Translations under genes and position numbers: made by a program
Source: Bacteroidota bacterium
GTDB taxonomy: Bacteria > Bacteroidota > Bacteroidia > Bacteroidales > JAGNHN01
DNA length: 64,000 bases
Assembly (NCBI GenBank): GCA_022710185.1
Contig: JAKLHK010000004.1
Span: 3,669-67,668 of the forward strand
Direction: 5' to 3'
Notes under the pieces: model-generated
Seen by the model: only the letters and a program-made list of their open reading frames with translations
The model's database searches: none
What the model was told of the DNA's origin: nothing
In this document: in pieces, positions 1 through 9,800 of the stretch
Numbering within the stretch: position 1 is the first letter of the stretch
Layout: each line of letters starts with the position of its first letter

Positions 1-1
1 C

Positions 2-1396
2 GGCAAGGAATACGTTAAGACACGGCAGTTCACAACCTCATCTAAGGGCGCCCAGGAAGCCCACGAGGCCATACGCCCCACCTTCCTGCAGAACACCCAG
101 GTGGAGGGTTCAGCCGATCAGCGTAAGCTCTACGACCTGATCTGGAAAAGGACCATCGCCTCCCAGATGAGCGATGCCACCCTCGAACGGACCATCATCA
201 CCATCGCCGCAGATACCCTCACCACGCCCTTCCAGGCCAGGGGCGAGGTCATCCTGTTCGACGGCTTCCTTAAGGTATATTTCGAAGGAAGGGATGAAGA
301 GGACGAAGAGAACGGCAAGGGCATGCTGCCCGCCCTCAGGGCCGGCGACCGCCTCCACCCCAAAGACATTACCGCCACACAGCGCTTCAGCAAAGCACCC
401 CCGCGCTATACCGAAGCCAGCCTGGTGAAAAAAATGGAGGAGCTCGGCATCGGGCGCCCTTCCACCTACGCCCCTACCATCTCCACCATACTCAAAAGGG
501 AATATGTGGTGAAGGAAGACCGGCCGGGCAGCAAACGGGACTATACGGTGCTCACCCTCAAGGGGCAAAGCATTAAGGAAGACACCCGTCACGAGAACGT
601 AGGCTATGAAAAGGCCAAGCTCTTCCCGACCGATATCGGCACCCTGGTCAACGAATTCCTGATGATGCATTTTGACGACATCATGGACTACAACTTCACT
701 GCCAGTGTGGAAAAGCAGTTCGATGAGATCGCCGAAGGCCAGAAGGAATGGAGTGCCATGATCCGGGATTTTTATACCCCCTTCCATTCGCGCATTGAGA
801 AGACCGGCACCGAATCCTCCCGTTTTAGCGGAGAACGCCTGCTGGGTTTGGACCCCGAATCAGGCAAGAACGTATATGCCAAAGTCGGTCGTTACGGCCC
901 CATGATACAGATTGGCGACAATAACGATGACGATAAGCCCCGCTTCGCCGGATTGCGCAAGAATGGCCCGGGCATGCAGCAGATCACCCTGGAGGAGGCC
1001 CTGGAACTGTTCCGCTTTCCCCGCAGTGTGGGGAATTACGAAGACAAGGAGATCCTGGTGGGCATCGGGCGCTTCGGTCCTTTCGTCCGTCACGGAAGCC
1101 TGTTCTACTCTATCCCCAGGGGCGAAGATCCCGGCATGTACACCGAGGAGGCCGCGATCACGCTCATCCTGGCCAAGCGGAAAGAGGCCAGCGAAAAGCT
1201 CATCCGTGAATTCGCGGAGCGCCCTGATATCAAGGTACTCAACGGTCGCTACGGCCCCTATATCGCCTTTGGTAAGACCAATGTAAAGATCCCCAAGGGC
1301 ACCGATCCTGCCGGGCTCAGCCTGCAGGACTGCGAGCGCCTGGCCGCCGAGGCCGCCGCCCTTCCGCCGAAAAAGAAGCCCGGGAAGAAAAGCTGA
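2..1396 (+). CDS. topA: DNA topoisomerase I, C-terminal part (5' end lies outside the window)
   Basis: The frame of ORF 101..1396 stays open back to nt 2 (GKEYVKTRQFTTSSKGAQEAHEAIRPT...). It shows typical TopA core and C-terminal motifs (RYTEASLVKKMEELGIGRPSTYAPTIS; repeated GRFGPF/GRYGPY elements) and a Lys-rich tail. Confidence 0.93.
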   Translation, partial: GKEYVKTRQFTTSSKGAQEAHEAIRPTFLQNTQVEGSADQRKLYDLIWKRTIASQMSDATLERTIITIAADTLTTPFQARGEVILFDGFLKVYFEGRDEEDEENGKGMLPALRAGDRLHPKDITATQRFSKAPPRYTEASLVKKMEELGIGRPSTYAPTISTILKREYVVKEDRPGSKRDYTVLTLKGQSIKEDTRHENVGYEKAKLFPTDIGTLVNEFLMMHFDDIMDYNFTASVEKQFDEIAEGQKEWSAMIRDFYTPFHSRIEKTGTESSRFSGERLLGLDPESGKNVYAKVGRYGPMIQIGDNNDDDKPRFAGLRKNGPGMQQITLEEALELFRFPRSVGNYEDKEILVGIGRFGPFVRHGSLFYSIPRGEDPGMYTEEAAITLILAKRKEASEKLIREFAERPDIKVLNGRYGPYIAFGKTNVKIPKGTDPAGLSLQDCERLAAEAAALPPKKKPGKKS

Positions 1397-1464
1397 GCAG
1401 GCCCTCCGGAAGGAAAAGGTGAACTTCCGTATCTTTAGCCGCTCAAGCCCAAAATCCGGCTGCG

Positions 1465-2634
1465 ATGGAAATTGCCATGTTCTTCGAACCGGTAGACAAT
1501 GTGCCGGTACTGCTTGACGAGCATCATAAGCGCCTGGGCGATATCCTGAGGATACACACCCGCGAAGGGGGATTCCCGGAACTCGTGGGAATACATGTGG
1601 CAATCCTTGGTGTCAGGGAAGACCGCCGCTCAGTGGACAACGAAGGCTGCGCCTACGCCGCCGAACAAGTGAGGCAGCAGCTGTACCGGCTGTTCCCTTC
1701 CCAGGAAAATGTGCTGCTGGCCGACCTGGGCGACATACGCAAGGGCTATGCCGTGGAAGATACCTACTTCGCCCTGTCGTCGGCCGTGGCCCAGCTTATC
1801 AAAGAAGGCATACTCCCCGTCATCATCGGCGGAAGCCAGGACCTCACCTATGCCAATTATATGGCCTACGAACAACTGGGCCAGATCATCAATATCGTAT
1901 CGGTCGACCCCCGCTTCGACCTGGGCCGAACCGAAAACGAACTCGACGCCTCCTCCTACCTGAGCCGAATCATCCTTCACCAGCCCAATTACCTGTTCAA
2001 CTTCACCAATATCGGGTACCAGTCTTACTACGTGGACCACAAAGCGGTGACCCTGATGAAGAACCTCCTCTTCGACGCCTACCGACTGGGACGGGTAAGG
2101 GCCAACCTCGAAGAAGTGGAGCCCATGGTGCGCAATGCCGACATGATCTCCGTGGATATCTCCTCCGTCAGGCAAAGCGACGCCCCGGGCCATAAGAATG
2201 CCTCCCCCAACGGTTTCTACGGGGAGGAGCTGTGCCAGATCACGCGCTACGCCGGCATGAGCGACAAGCTCACGAGCATCGGGTTCTATGAGTACAACCC
2301 CACCTACGACCCCAACGGCCAGACCGCCCAGCTCATCGCCCAGATGATATGGTATTTCATCGAAGGCTATTACGCCCGGGTCAAGGACTTCCCCATCAAG
2401 AACAAGGAAGACTACCTGAAGTACACTGTGGCTATCCGCAACCATCAGGAGGAGATCGTATTTTACAAAAGCAAACGCACCGACCGCTGGTGGATGGAAG
2501 TGACCTGTCCGGCCAGCGTACGCTCGAAATACTACCGGCACTATCTCGTTCCATGCTCATACACCGACTATCAGACCGCCTGCGAAGACGATGTTCCCGA
2601 CCGCTGGTGGCAGGTCTACCAGAAATTTATGTGA
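1465..2634 (+). CDS. Arginase/formimidoylglutamase-family protein
   Basis: 389-aa ORF whose overall pattern resembles arginase-fold (ureohydrolase) proteins: ILGV..D.R, IIGGSQDLTY, DISSV..SDAPG. It sits directly after topA. Confidence 0.75.
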   Translation: MEIAMFFEPVDNVPVLLDEHHKRLGDILRIHTREGGFPELVGIHVAILGVREDRRSVDNEGCAYAAEQVRQQLYRLFPSQENVLLADLGDIRKGYAVEDTYFALSSAVAQLIKEGILPVIIGGSQDLTYANYMAYEQLGQIINIVSVDPRFDLGRTENELDASSYLSRIILHQPNYLFNFTNIGYQSYYVDHKAVTLMKNLLFDAYRLGRVRANLEEVEPMVRNADMISVDISSVRQSDAPGHKNASPNGFYGEELCQITRYAGMSDKLTSIGFYEYNPTYDPNGQTAQLIAQMIWYFIEGYYARVKDFPIKNKEDYLKYTVAIRNHQEEIVFYKSKRTDRWWMEVTCPASVRSKYYRHYLVPCSYTDYQTACEDDVPDRWWQVYQKFM

Positions 2635-2658
2635 TGAACCAAACTGCTCTTTCCTGAG

Positions 2659-4797
2659 ATGATGCAGGGCTCCCTCATACTCGGCCTTCTGCACAACATA
2701 GCCATACTATTGGCATTCAGTATGTTGTACATCCATTTCTGGAGCAGGAGCGACATCCACCAGGGCCTCAGGGAAAAACTGCTCACCGGTACAGTCATCG
2801 GGACCATAGGGATCATCCTGATGCTTACGCCCTGGACCCTGGTGCCGGGTATAGTGTTCGATACCCGTTCCATCCTGCTTTCGGTGGCCGGACTGTTTTT
2901 TGGGCTCATCCCTACCCTGCTGGCCATGCTGATCACTGCCGCCTTCCGGATCTATCTCGGAGGTGGAGGAGTGTATATGGGCGTTGCCGTGATCCTGGCA
3001 TCCGGGGGCATTGGACTGTACTGGCATTACTATAGATCCAACTGGCAACGGCACGGGTACCTGATGGAACTGTTCCTTCTGGGGATGGCCACCCACATGG
3101 CCATGGCAATGCTCATGACCTTGCTACCCACCGAAACGGTATGGGAAACCCTCCGGCGACTGCTCATTCCTGTCCTCATCATCTATCCGGCCGGAACCGT
3201 ACTGCTCGGTCTGCTGATGGTGGGCGGAACGCGCAACATTTTGACGCGACGGGCCCTCCGGGAGAAAGAAGAGAGCTATAAACGCCTCTATGAAAGCATG
3301 AAGGATGCCTACGCCATGGTGGACATGAGCGGAAGGATCATCGAGTCCAACCCGGCTTTCCGGGAAATGCTGGGGTACACTCAGGAGGAGTTGCTGCAGC
3401 TGACGCACCGCGACATCACCCCGGAACGCTGGCACGCCATGGAGGATAGGCGCATCAGCCTGGAAGTGATCCCCAATGGCAGCAGTGGGGCCTATGAAAA
3501 AGAACTCATCCGCCGCGACGGCAGTCTGCTGCCAGTGGAACTGCGCACCTTTTCCCTGAAGGACGACGAAGGTCAGGTCCGCTCCTTCTGGGCCATCGTC
3601 AGGGACATCTCCGGGCGTAAAAGGGCCGAGAAGGAACTGGTGCAGGCCAAGGAACAAGCCGAAGAGAACAACCGCCGCAAGACGGTCTTCCTGGCCGACA
3701 TGAGCCATGAGATCCGCAATCCCCTGAACACCCTGATGGGATTCTCAGAGATCCTCTCCACCGAAAACCTCGACCAGGAAACCCGGGAAAAGTACCGCCA
3801 GATCGTGGAACTCTCGGGGTCCAAGCTCCTGCGGATCATCAACGATATGGTGGACCTCAGCCGGATGGAATCAGGGCAGCTGGAGATACACCCCAGCGAC
3901 GGACTGCTGTCCCGGACAGTGAATGCCAGTCTGGAATCCTTCCGGCGCAGTGAGCTGCTGTCCGTAAAACCCGAAGTGGATTTGCGGCTCGTTTTCCCCC
4001 CCGACCTCCATGACCTTATGCTGCACACCGATTTCGTGAGGGTGCAGCAGGTCCTCGATAACCTCATCAGCAACGCCCTCAAGAATACCAGGGAGGGCAG
4101 TGTGGAGGTCAGGGTAAGGCTGGGTGGCATAGGAAAGGAAGCCGAACTGGTGTTTGAGGTGGAAGATACGGGCGTGGGCATACCTCCTGAACAACACGAG
4201 GCCATCTTTGAACGATTCCACCAGGTAGGACCCGCAGGATCACGCCAGGGCACCGGACTCGGGCTGAGCATCAGCAAGGGTCTGGTGGAGCTGCTGGGCG
4301 GCCGCCTATGGTTCGAGTCGACCCCGGGCCAGGGCAGTGTGTTCCACTTCACCATCCCTGCGGTGAGTGTGAGCCGAACCCACCTGATACAGCGTGAGAA
4401 GGCTCCTGTCCATGAACTCCTGCATGGGCTTAAGCTTTTCATCGCGGAAGACGACCTATACTCCTATATCTACCTGAAGGAACTGCTATCCCGCCTGGGA
4501 GGTCGGGTGGACCATGCCCGTAACGGGATAGAGCTGATGGCGATGCTGGAGGAGGGCGTGCCCGACCTGCTGTTCCTCGATATCAACATGCCCGGGAAGA
4601 GTGGACTGGAATGCCTGCAGGAGATGCAGGAGAAAGGGATACGGACCCGGGTCATCGCCCAGACCGCTTACGCCATGGCCGAGGAGCGCGAACGCTGCCT
4701 TACGGCCGGATGCCACGGTTACATCGCCAAACCCATTGGCAGGGAGGAGCTCTACGCCTTGATCAGCAAGGTCCTGCAACAGTCTGTCGACGGCTGA
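2659..4797 (+). CDS. Hybrid sensor histidine kinase: LytS-type 5TM N-terminus, PAS, HisKA, HATPase, receiver
   Basis: Multi-TM N-terminus, then a PAS-like region (DMSGRIIESNPAFREMLGY). H-box FLADMSHEIRNPLN, N/G boxes (NLISNALKNT, DTGVGIP, GTGLGLSISK) and a C-terminal receiver (FIAEDD...LDINMPGKSG...AKP). Confidence 0.9.
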   Translation: MMQGSLILGLLHNIAILLAFSMLYIHFWSRSDIHQGLREKLLTGTVIGTIGIILMLTPWTLVPGIVFDTRSILLSVAGLFFGLIPTLLAMLITAAFRIYLGGGGVYMGVAVILASGGIGLYWHYYRSNWQRHGYLMELFLLGMATHMAMAMLMTLLPTETVWETLRRLLIPVLIIYPAGTVLLGLLMVGGTRNILTRRALREKEESYKRLYESMKDAYAMVDMSGRIIESNPAFREMLGYTQEELLQLTHRDITPERWHAMEDRRISLEVIPNGSSGAYEKELIRRDGSLLPVELRTFSLKDDEGQVRSFWAIVRDISGRKRAEKELVQAKEQAEENNRRKTVFLADMSHEIRNPLNTLMGFSEILSTENLDQETREKYRQIVELSGSKLLRIINDMVDLSRMESGQLEIHPSDGLLSRTVNASLESFRRSELLSVKPEVDLRLVFPPDLHDLMLHTDFVRVQQVLDNLISNALKNTREGSVEVRVRLGGIGKEAELVFEVEDTGVGIPPEQHEAIFERFHQVGPAGSRQGTGLGLSISKGLVELLGGRLWFESTPGQGSVFHFTIPAVSVSRTHLIQREKAPVHELLHGLKLFIAEDDLYSYIYLKELLSRLGGRVDHARNGIELMAMLEEGVPDLLFLDINMPGKSGLECLQEMQEKGIRTRVIAQTAYAMAEERERCLTAGCHGYIAKPIGREELYALISKVLQQSVDG

Positions 4798-4843
4798 TCC
4801 TTGTTCCGTAAACCCACATTCCCCCCCGGAATGTCATTAATTA

Positions 4844-5551
4844 ATGTATGAAATGAAAACACGCGTTTGGACCCTTCCCACCCGTCTCTTTCATTGGATG
4901 CTGGCCATCGGATTTATCGGAGCCTATGTGCTCGGGGAAGAAGATGATCTCCGTAACCTGCATTTTGCCTTCGGCGCCCTGGTCGGTGGACTGGCCTTGC
5001 TGAGATTGCTCTTCGGGATCCTGGGGCCCCGGTATTCTCATTTCCGGGACTTCCACATCGGATGGAAGCACCAGCTGGGCTACCTCAAAAACATATCCAG
5101 GCCCTACCCCTTTCCGGGGCATAATCCGGCCGCTGCCCTGGTGATGCTGGCCATCCTGGGGATCGCACTGCTCACCACCCTGACGGGCTATATCACTTAT
5201 GCGGGAAGCGGTACCTTCCCTGGTCTTCCCCTGGGCCCTGAAGGAATGGAAGATGCCCATAAAGCTCTGGCCAACATCTTTCTGGCCCTGGTGATCGTTC
5301 ACCTCGCTGGTATCCTGGTCGACACCCTGCTGCATGCCAGGACCGGGACCCTGGCCTCCATGTTCAGCGGGGACAAGAATGTGGAAGGACAAGCTGTGCA
5401 GCTCAATGGGTTCCAGTGGTTCTTCAGCCTGGTCTGGATTGTTGTCCCTCTGGTCCTGTTCTTCCTGGCACTCCGGCTCGACCCTGCTCAGGGAGGGGCA
5501 CAGGAAAGGGAAGGAACGGAGCAGCACGATCCATCGGAAGAGGAGGACTGA
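4844..5551 (+). CDS. Cytochrome b561 / Ni-Fe-hydrogenase b-type cytochrome-like membrane protein
   Basis: N-terminal RLFHW motif, four hydrophobic helices with conserved His residues (HFAFG, AHKALANIFLALVIVH). Confidence 0.75.
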   Translation: MYEMKTRVWTLPTRLFHWMLAIGFIGAYVLGEEDDLRNLHFAFGALVGGLALLRLLFGILGPRYSHFRDFHIGWKHQLGYLKNISRPYPFPGHNPAAALVMLAILGIALLTTLTGYITYAGSGTFPGLPLGPEGMEDAHKALANIFLALVIVHLAGILVDTLLHARTGTLASMFSGDKNVEGQAVQLNGFQWFFSLVWIVVPLVLFFLALRLDPAQGGAQEREGTEQHDPSEEED

Positions 5552-5585
5552 AAAGGGACCCAGGCCGGCCTGCGGGGCAGAAGGG

Positions 5586-7484
5586 TCAATAGGCCCTTAA
5601 ATTGCGCCCTTCGATGTAATTGATGAAGGCCTGGTTCACCACCTTGTTCCCCCCCGGGGTAGGATAATCCCCGGTGAAATACCAGTCGCCCAGATGTTCC
5701 GGGCAGGACCGGTGCAGGTCTTCGATGGACTGGTAGACGATGACCACCCTGGACTTCACCTCGGGCGGGGTAACGATCTTCGCGATGCGTTCTGAAATCT
5801 CCCTCACGCTGAAGGGCCGGTAGATGTCCTTCACATGATTCACGATCTCTTCCTTGGGCTTGTGTTCCTGGGCCTTGCATTTCTTATATACCTCGTTGAT
5901 CACCCCGGCCCGCCCGGTCTCATGCAGCAGGGCGATGACCGCGTTGAAGGCCACGAAGTCGTGCAGCTTGGCCATGTCGATACCATAACAGTCGGGATAA
6001 CGGATCTGGGGGGCGGAGGAAGCGATCACGATCTGTTTGGGGTTGAGCCGGTCGAGGATGCGGATGATACTTTGCCGCAGCGTAGTGCCACGTACGATGG
6101 AATCGTCGAGCACCACCAGGTTGTCCAGGCCATCCCTCACCACCCCGTAGGTCACATCGTACACATGCGTCACCAGGTCGTCGCGGCGGGTGTCCTGGGT
6201 GATGAAGGTGCGCATTTTCACGTCTTTCACCGCAATCTTTTCTGCCCGCGGCCTCAGCGCAAGGATCTCCTTCAGTGCCGCTTCATCGCACTGCCTGAGC
6301 TGCAGTATGCGCTCCATCTTGATGCGGTCGCAGAAATCGTCCAGGGCTTCCATCATCCCGTAGAACGCCACGGCGGCGGTGTTGGGGATATAGGAGAATA
6401 CGGTGTTCACCAGGTCATGGTCGATGGCCTCCAGCACGGTGGGCGTGAGCGAGCGTCCCAGGGCCTTGCGCTCCTGGTAGATGTCCTGGTCGGTGCCCCG
6501 GGAGAAATAGATCCGTTCGAAGGAACAGGATCTGCGCTCGGCCGGCGGCCGGCAGGGGCAATGCGTCACCGTGCCGTTGCGCCGCATGATGAGGGCATGC
6601 CCCGGCTGAAGCTCCTGCACGGCTGAGGCTTTGACGTTCAGTGCCGTTTGGATGACCGGGCGCTCGGAGGCGGCGACCACCACTTCCTCATCCTGGTAAA
6701 AGAAGGCGGGCCGTATGCCGGCCGGGTCGCGCATAACGAAGGCATCCCCATGCCCGAACAACCCGGCGATCACATAACCCCCATCCCAGTACTTGCTGGA
6801 ATGCTGCAGTATTCCAGGGATATCGATGTTCTGGGCGATCATCCGGGTGATCTCCCGCTTCTCGTAGCCCTGGGCACGGTATTCCTGATACAATCGCTCG
6901 TTCTCCTCGTCGAGGAAATGCCCGATCTTTTCCAGTATGGTCACCGTGTCCGAGGTCTCCGTCGGGAACTGTCCATAGTTTACCAGGCGGCTGAACAGCT
7001 CGTCCACATTGGTCATGTTGAAGTTGCCGGCCAGCACCAGGTTGCGGGTGAGCCAGTTGTTCTCCCTCACGATGGGATGGATGGCGTTGATGCCGTGCCC
7101 CCCGAAGGTGCCATAGCGCAGGTGTCCCAGGAAGAGCTCCCCGCTGAACTCCACATGCCGCTTGAGCCATTGCACATCGTTGAGCACCTCCGGCCGGTCC
7201 TTGGCGGCCTTGTTGAAGCCGTTATGGATGGTACGGAAGATGTCCATGATGGGAGAATCACTGTCGGAGCGCACGCGGTTGATGTACCGCATCCCGGGCT
7301 GGGGGTCGAACTTGATACAGGCAATGCCGGCCCCGTCCTGGCCCCGGTTGTGCTGCTTCTCCATCAGCAGCTGCATCTTATTCAAGGCAAAAAAGGCGGT
7401 ACCGTATTTCCCGAGGTAGTATTCCATTGGCTTTAATAGCCGGATCAGGGCAATACCGCATTCATGCTGTATGAGTTCGCTCAT
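5586..7484 (-). CDS. purF: Amidophosphoribosyltransferase (long, class II glutamine amidotransferase type)
   Basis: N-terminal ...HECGIALIRL (Ntn Cys), GHLRYGTFG, and a PRPP-binding loop VVLDDSIVRGTT. 632 aa, as in the long Bacteroidota-type PurF. Confidence 0.9.
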   Translation of the reverse strand: MSELIQHECGIALIRLLKPMEYYLGKYGTAFFALNKMQLLMEKQHNRGQDGAGIACIKFDPQPGMRYINRVRSDSDSPIMDIFRTIHNGFNKAAKDRPEVLNDVQWLKRHVEFSGELFLGHLRYGTFGGHGINAIHPIVRENNWLTRNLVLAGNFNMTNVDELFSRLVNYGQFPTETSDTVTILEKIGHFLDEENERLYQEYRAQGYEKREITRMIAQNIDIPGILQHSSKYWDGGYVIAGLFGHGDAFVMRDPAGIRPAFFYQDEEVVVAASERPVIQTALNVKASAVQELQPGHALIMRRNGTVTHCPCRPPAERRSCSFERIYFSRGTDQDIYQERKALGRSLTPTVLEAIDHDLVNTVFSYIPNTAAVAFYGMMEALDDFCDRIKMERILQLRQCDEAALKEILALRPRAEKIAVKDVKMRTFITQDTRRDDLVTHVYDVTYGVVRDGLDNLVVLDDSIVRGTTLRQSIIRILDRLNPKQIVIASSAPQIRYPDCYGIDMAKLHDFVAFNAVIALLHETGRAGVINEVYKKCKAQEHKPKEEIVNHVKDIYRPFSVREISERIAKIVTPPEVKSRVVIVYQSIEDLHRSCPEHLGDWYFTGDYPTPGGNKVVNQAFINYIEGRNLRAY

Positions 7485-7570
7485 AGGGCCCTACTAAGTC
7501 GCAAAGGTAAGCCATTTCCCCGACGGGATTCACGGCCATTGCGTATCTTCAGCCTCCCAAACCACACCCA

Positions 7571-8032
7571 ATGGACGCATCCATCCTGGTCATCCGTCCG
7601 GCCCTCAGGGAGGACGCCCCGGCCATCACAGCCTTTCAGCTGGCCATGGCCCAGGAAACCGAAGGCCTGGAGCTCCGCAGCGATACCCTGGCCCAGGGCG
7701 TGTCTGCTGTCTTCGACGACCCCTCCAAAGGCACCTATTTCGTTGCCGAAAACGGGGGCCTCATCCTGTCCAGCCTGATGGTCACCCCGGAATGGAGCGA
7801 CTGGCGCAACGGCTGGGTGTGGTGGATACAATCAGTGTATGTGCTGCCCGAATGGCGCGGCCGAGGCGTCTACAAGGCGATGTACCTTCATATCCAGGAG
7901 CAGGTGCTCGGGCGAACTGACATCCTGGGAATCAGGCTGTACGTTGACCAGCGCAACACCGTCGCCGGTAAGGTATACGCCCGCCTGGGCATGAACGGGG
8001 ATCACTACGCCCTTTATGAATGGATGCCCTGA
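7571..8032 (+). CDS. GNAT-family N-acetyltransferase
   Basis: 153 aa with an acetyl-CoA binding motif region (VYVLPEWRGRGVYKAMY). Confidence 0.8.
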   Translation: MDASILVIRPALREDAPAITAFQLAMAQETEGLELRSDTLAQGVSAVFDDPSKGTYFVAENGGLILSSLMVTPEWSDWRNGWVWWIQSVYVLPEWRGRGVYKAMYLHIQEQVLGRTDILGIRLYVDQRNTVAGKVYARLGMNGDHYALYEWMP

Positions 8033-9657
8033 AACCCCAGCTACGCCTTTTCAATCACTCTTCCGATATGCTGCAGCAAAAGATCCCGCATACCTACGTC
8101 ATCATCTTCGGCCTCATCCTTATCGCGGCATCCTTCACCTGGTTCATCCCCGGGGGTGAATATGTGGATGCTGTCGCACTGGAGAACGGGAAGGAAGTGA
8201 GATCCGTCGTCTTCCAGAATACCGACAGCCAGCCCCAGACCTGGCAGGTGTTCGCTGCCCTGTACAAGGGCTTCGTCCGGCAGTCGGGCATCATCGTGCT
8301 CATTCTCATGATCGGGGGCGCCTTCTGGATCATGAACCACAGCAAGGCCATCGATGTGGGCATCCTCAGCTTCCTTAAGTTCAGCCGTCGGCTGGAACGC
8401 TATCGCCTGATCCGCAGGCTGGGGGTGGAGAACATCATCATCACGCTGGTCATGACCATGTTCAGCATCTTCGGAGCGGTGTTCGGCATGAGCGAGGAAA
8501 CCATCGCCTTCATCGTCATCCTGGTGCCCCTGGCCATCTCCATGGGATATGACTCCATCACCGGGGTATGCATGGTGTTTGTGGCGGCCGGACTGGGTTT
8601 CGCCGGCGCCGTGCTCAACCCCTTCACCATCGGCATTGCCCAGGGCCTGTCTGACCTGCCCCTGTTCAGCGGACTGGAATACCGGGTGTTTTGCTGGTTC
8701 GTCATCACCCTCACCGGCATCGTCTGGGTCCTGCGCTATGCTTCCAGAGTGAAGAAGGACCCTAAAAGGTCGGTGGTTTATGAGGATGATGAATATTGGC
8801 GGAAGAAGGGAGCAACCGATATCGAGACCGTGCAGCTGCACACCCCCCGGGCTGCCTGGATATCCTGGGGGGTGCTGCTGGGCATCATGGCCGCCTTTTC
8901 CTTCGATCAGCCCCTGACCGTGATGAAGATCGGGAATGCCTCAGCAACCCTGCCGATGGTGCCGGTGGCTACCGCCATTTTCGCCCTGGCAGGCTTCCTG
9001 GCCCTCCGCCGTTCGGCCCACTTCTACATCCTGGCTCTGCTCATCCAGACCATCCTTTTCCTCATCATCGGAGTAATGGGCTATGGCTGGTATATCATGG
9101 AGATCGCCACCCTGTTCTTCGCCATGGGCATCTTTTCAGGGATCGCGATGGACTACAGCCCGAACCGGATCACCAAACTCTTCATCGAAGGGGCCGGGGA
9201 TATCCTTTCGGCGGCGATGGTGGTGGGCCTGGCCGGGGGCATCATCGTCATCCTGGAAGACGGCAAGGTCATCGACACCATGCTCTTCGTGCTTTCCCGC
9301 TCCATGGAGGGTGCCGGTCAGTTCGCTGCGGTGAGCCTGATGTATGTGATCCAGACCGCCATCAACATCGTCATCCCCTCCGGCTCGGCCAAAGCGGCCC
9401 TCACCATGCCCATCATGGCCCCCTTTTCCGACCTCATCGGCCTGTCGCGCCAGGCCACCGTGATGGCCTTCCAGCTCGGCGATGGCTTCACCAATATGAT
9501 CACGCCCACCTCGGGTGTACTCATCGGGGTACTGGGTGTCGCCCGCATCCCATACCATAAATGGTTCCGATGGATCGCCCCCTTCATGGCCCTGCTCATC
9601 CTCCTCGGATTCCTGCTGCTCATTCCAACGGTAACCATGGAGCTCAATGGATTCTGA
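8020..9657 (+). CDS. YfcC / C4-dicarboxylate anaerobic carrier-family membrane transporter
   Basis: About 12 TM segments. Conserved blocks of the YfcC family are present (IPSGSAKAALTMPIMAPFSDLIGLSRQ, AFQLGDGFTNMITPTSG). An alternative start lies at 8068 (MLQQKIPH). Confidence 0.85.
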   Translation: MDALKPQLRLFNHSSDMLQQKIPHTYVIIFGLILIAASFTWFIPGGEYVDAVALENGKEVRSVVFQNTDSQPQTWQVFAALYKGFVRQSGIIVLILMIGGAFWIMNHSKAIDVGILSFLKFSRRLERYRLIRRLGVENIIITLVMTMFSIFGAVFGMSEETIAFIVILVPLAISMGYDSITGVCMVFVAAGLGFAGAVLNPFTIGIAQGLSDLPLFSGLEYRVFCWFVITLTGIVWVLRYASRVKKDPKRSVVYEDDEYWRKKGATDIETVQLHTPRAAWISWGVLLGIMAAFSFDQPLTVMKIGNASATLPMVPVATAIFALAGFLALRRSAHFYILALLIQTILFLIIGVMGYGWYIMEIATLFFAMGIFSGIAMDYSPNRITKLFIEGAGDILSAAMVVGLAGGIIVILEDGKVIDTMLFVLSRSMEGAGQFAAVSLMYVIQTAINIVIPSGSAKAALTMPIMAPFSDLIGLSRQATVMAFQLGDGFTNMITPTSGVLIGVLGVARIPYHKWFRWIAPFMALLILLGFLLLIPTVTMELNGF

Positions 9658-9800
9658 TTCCCGACCACAGGGTTGTTTGAGGTGATTGAATCGATAGGGG
9701 GGCACCTCTCTCCAAATGCATATCAGAGAAATCAAATCAGCAAGAGATAAGCGTCCATTCACGTCCATCCCCGGTCTGAAACATTATCAGCCCCTGAACC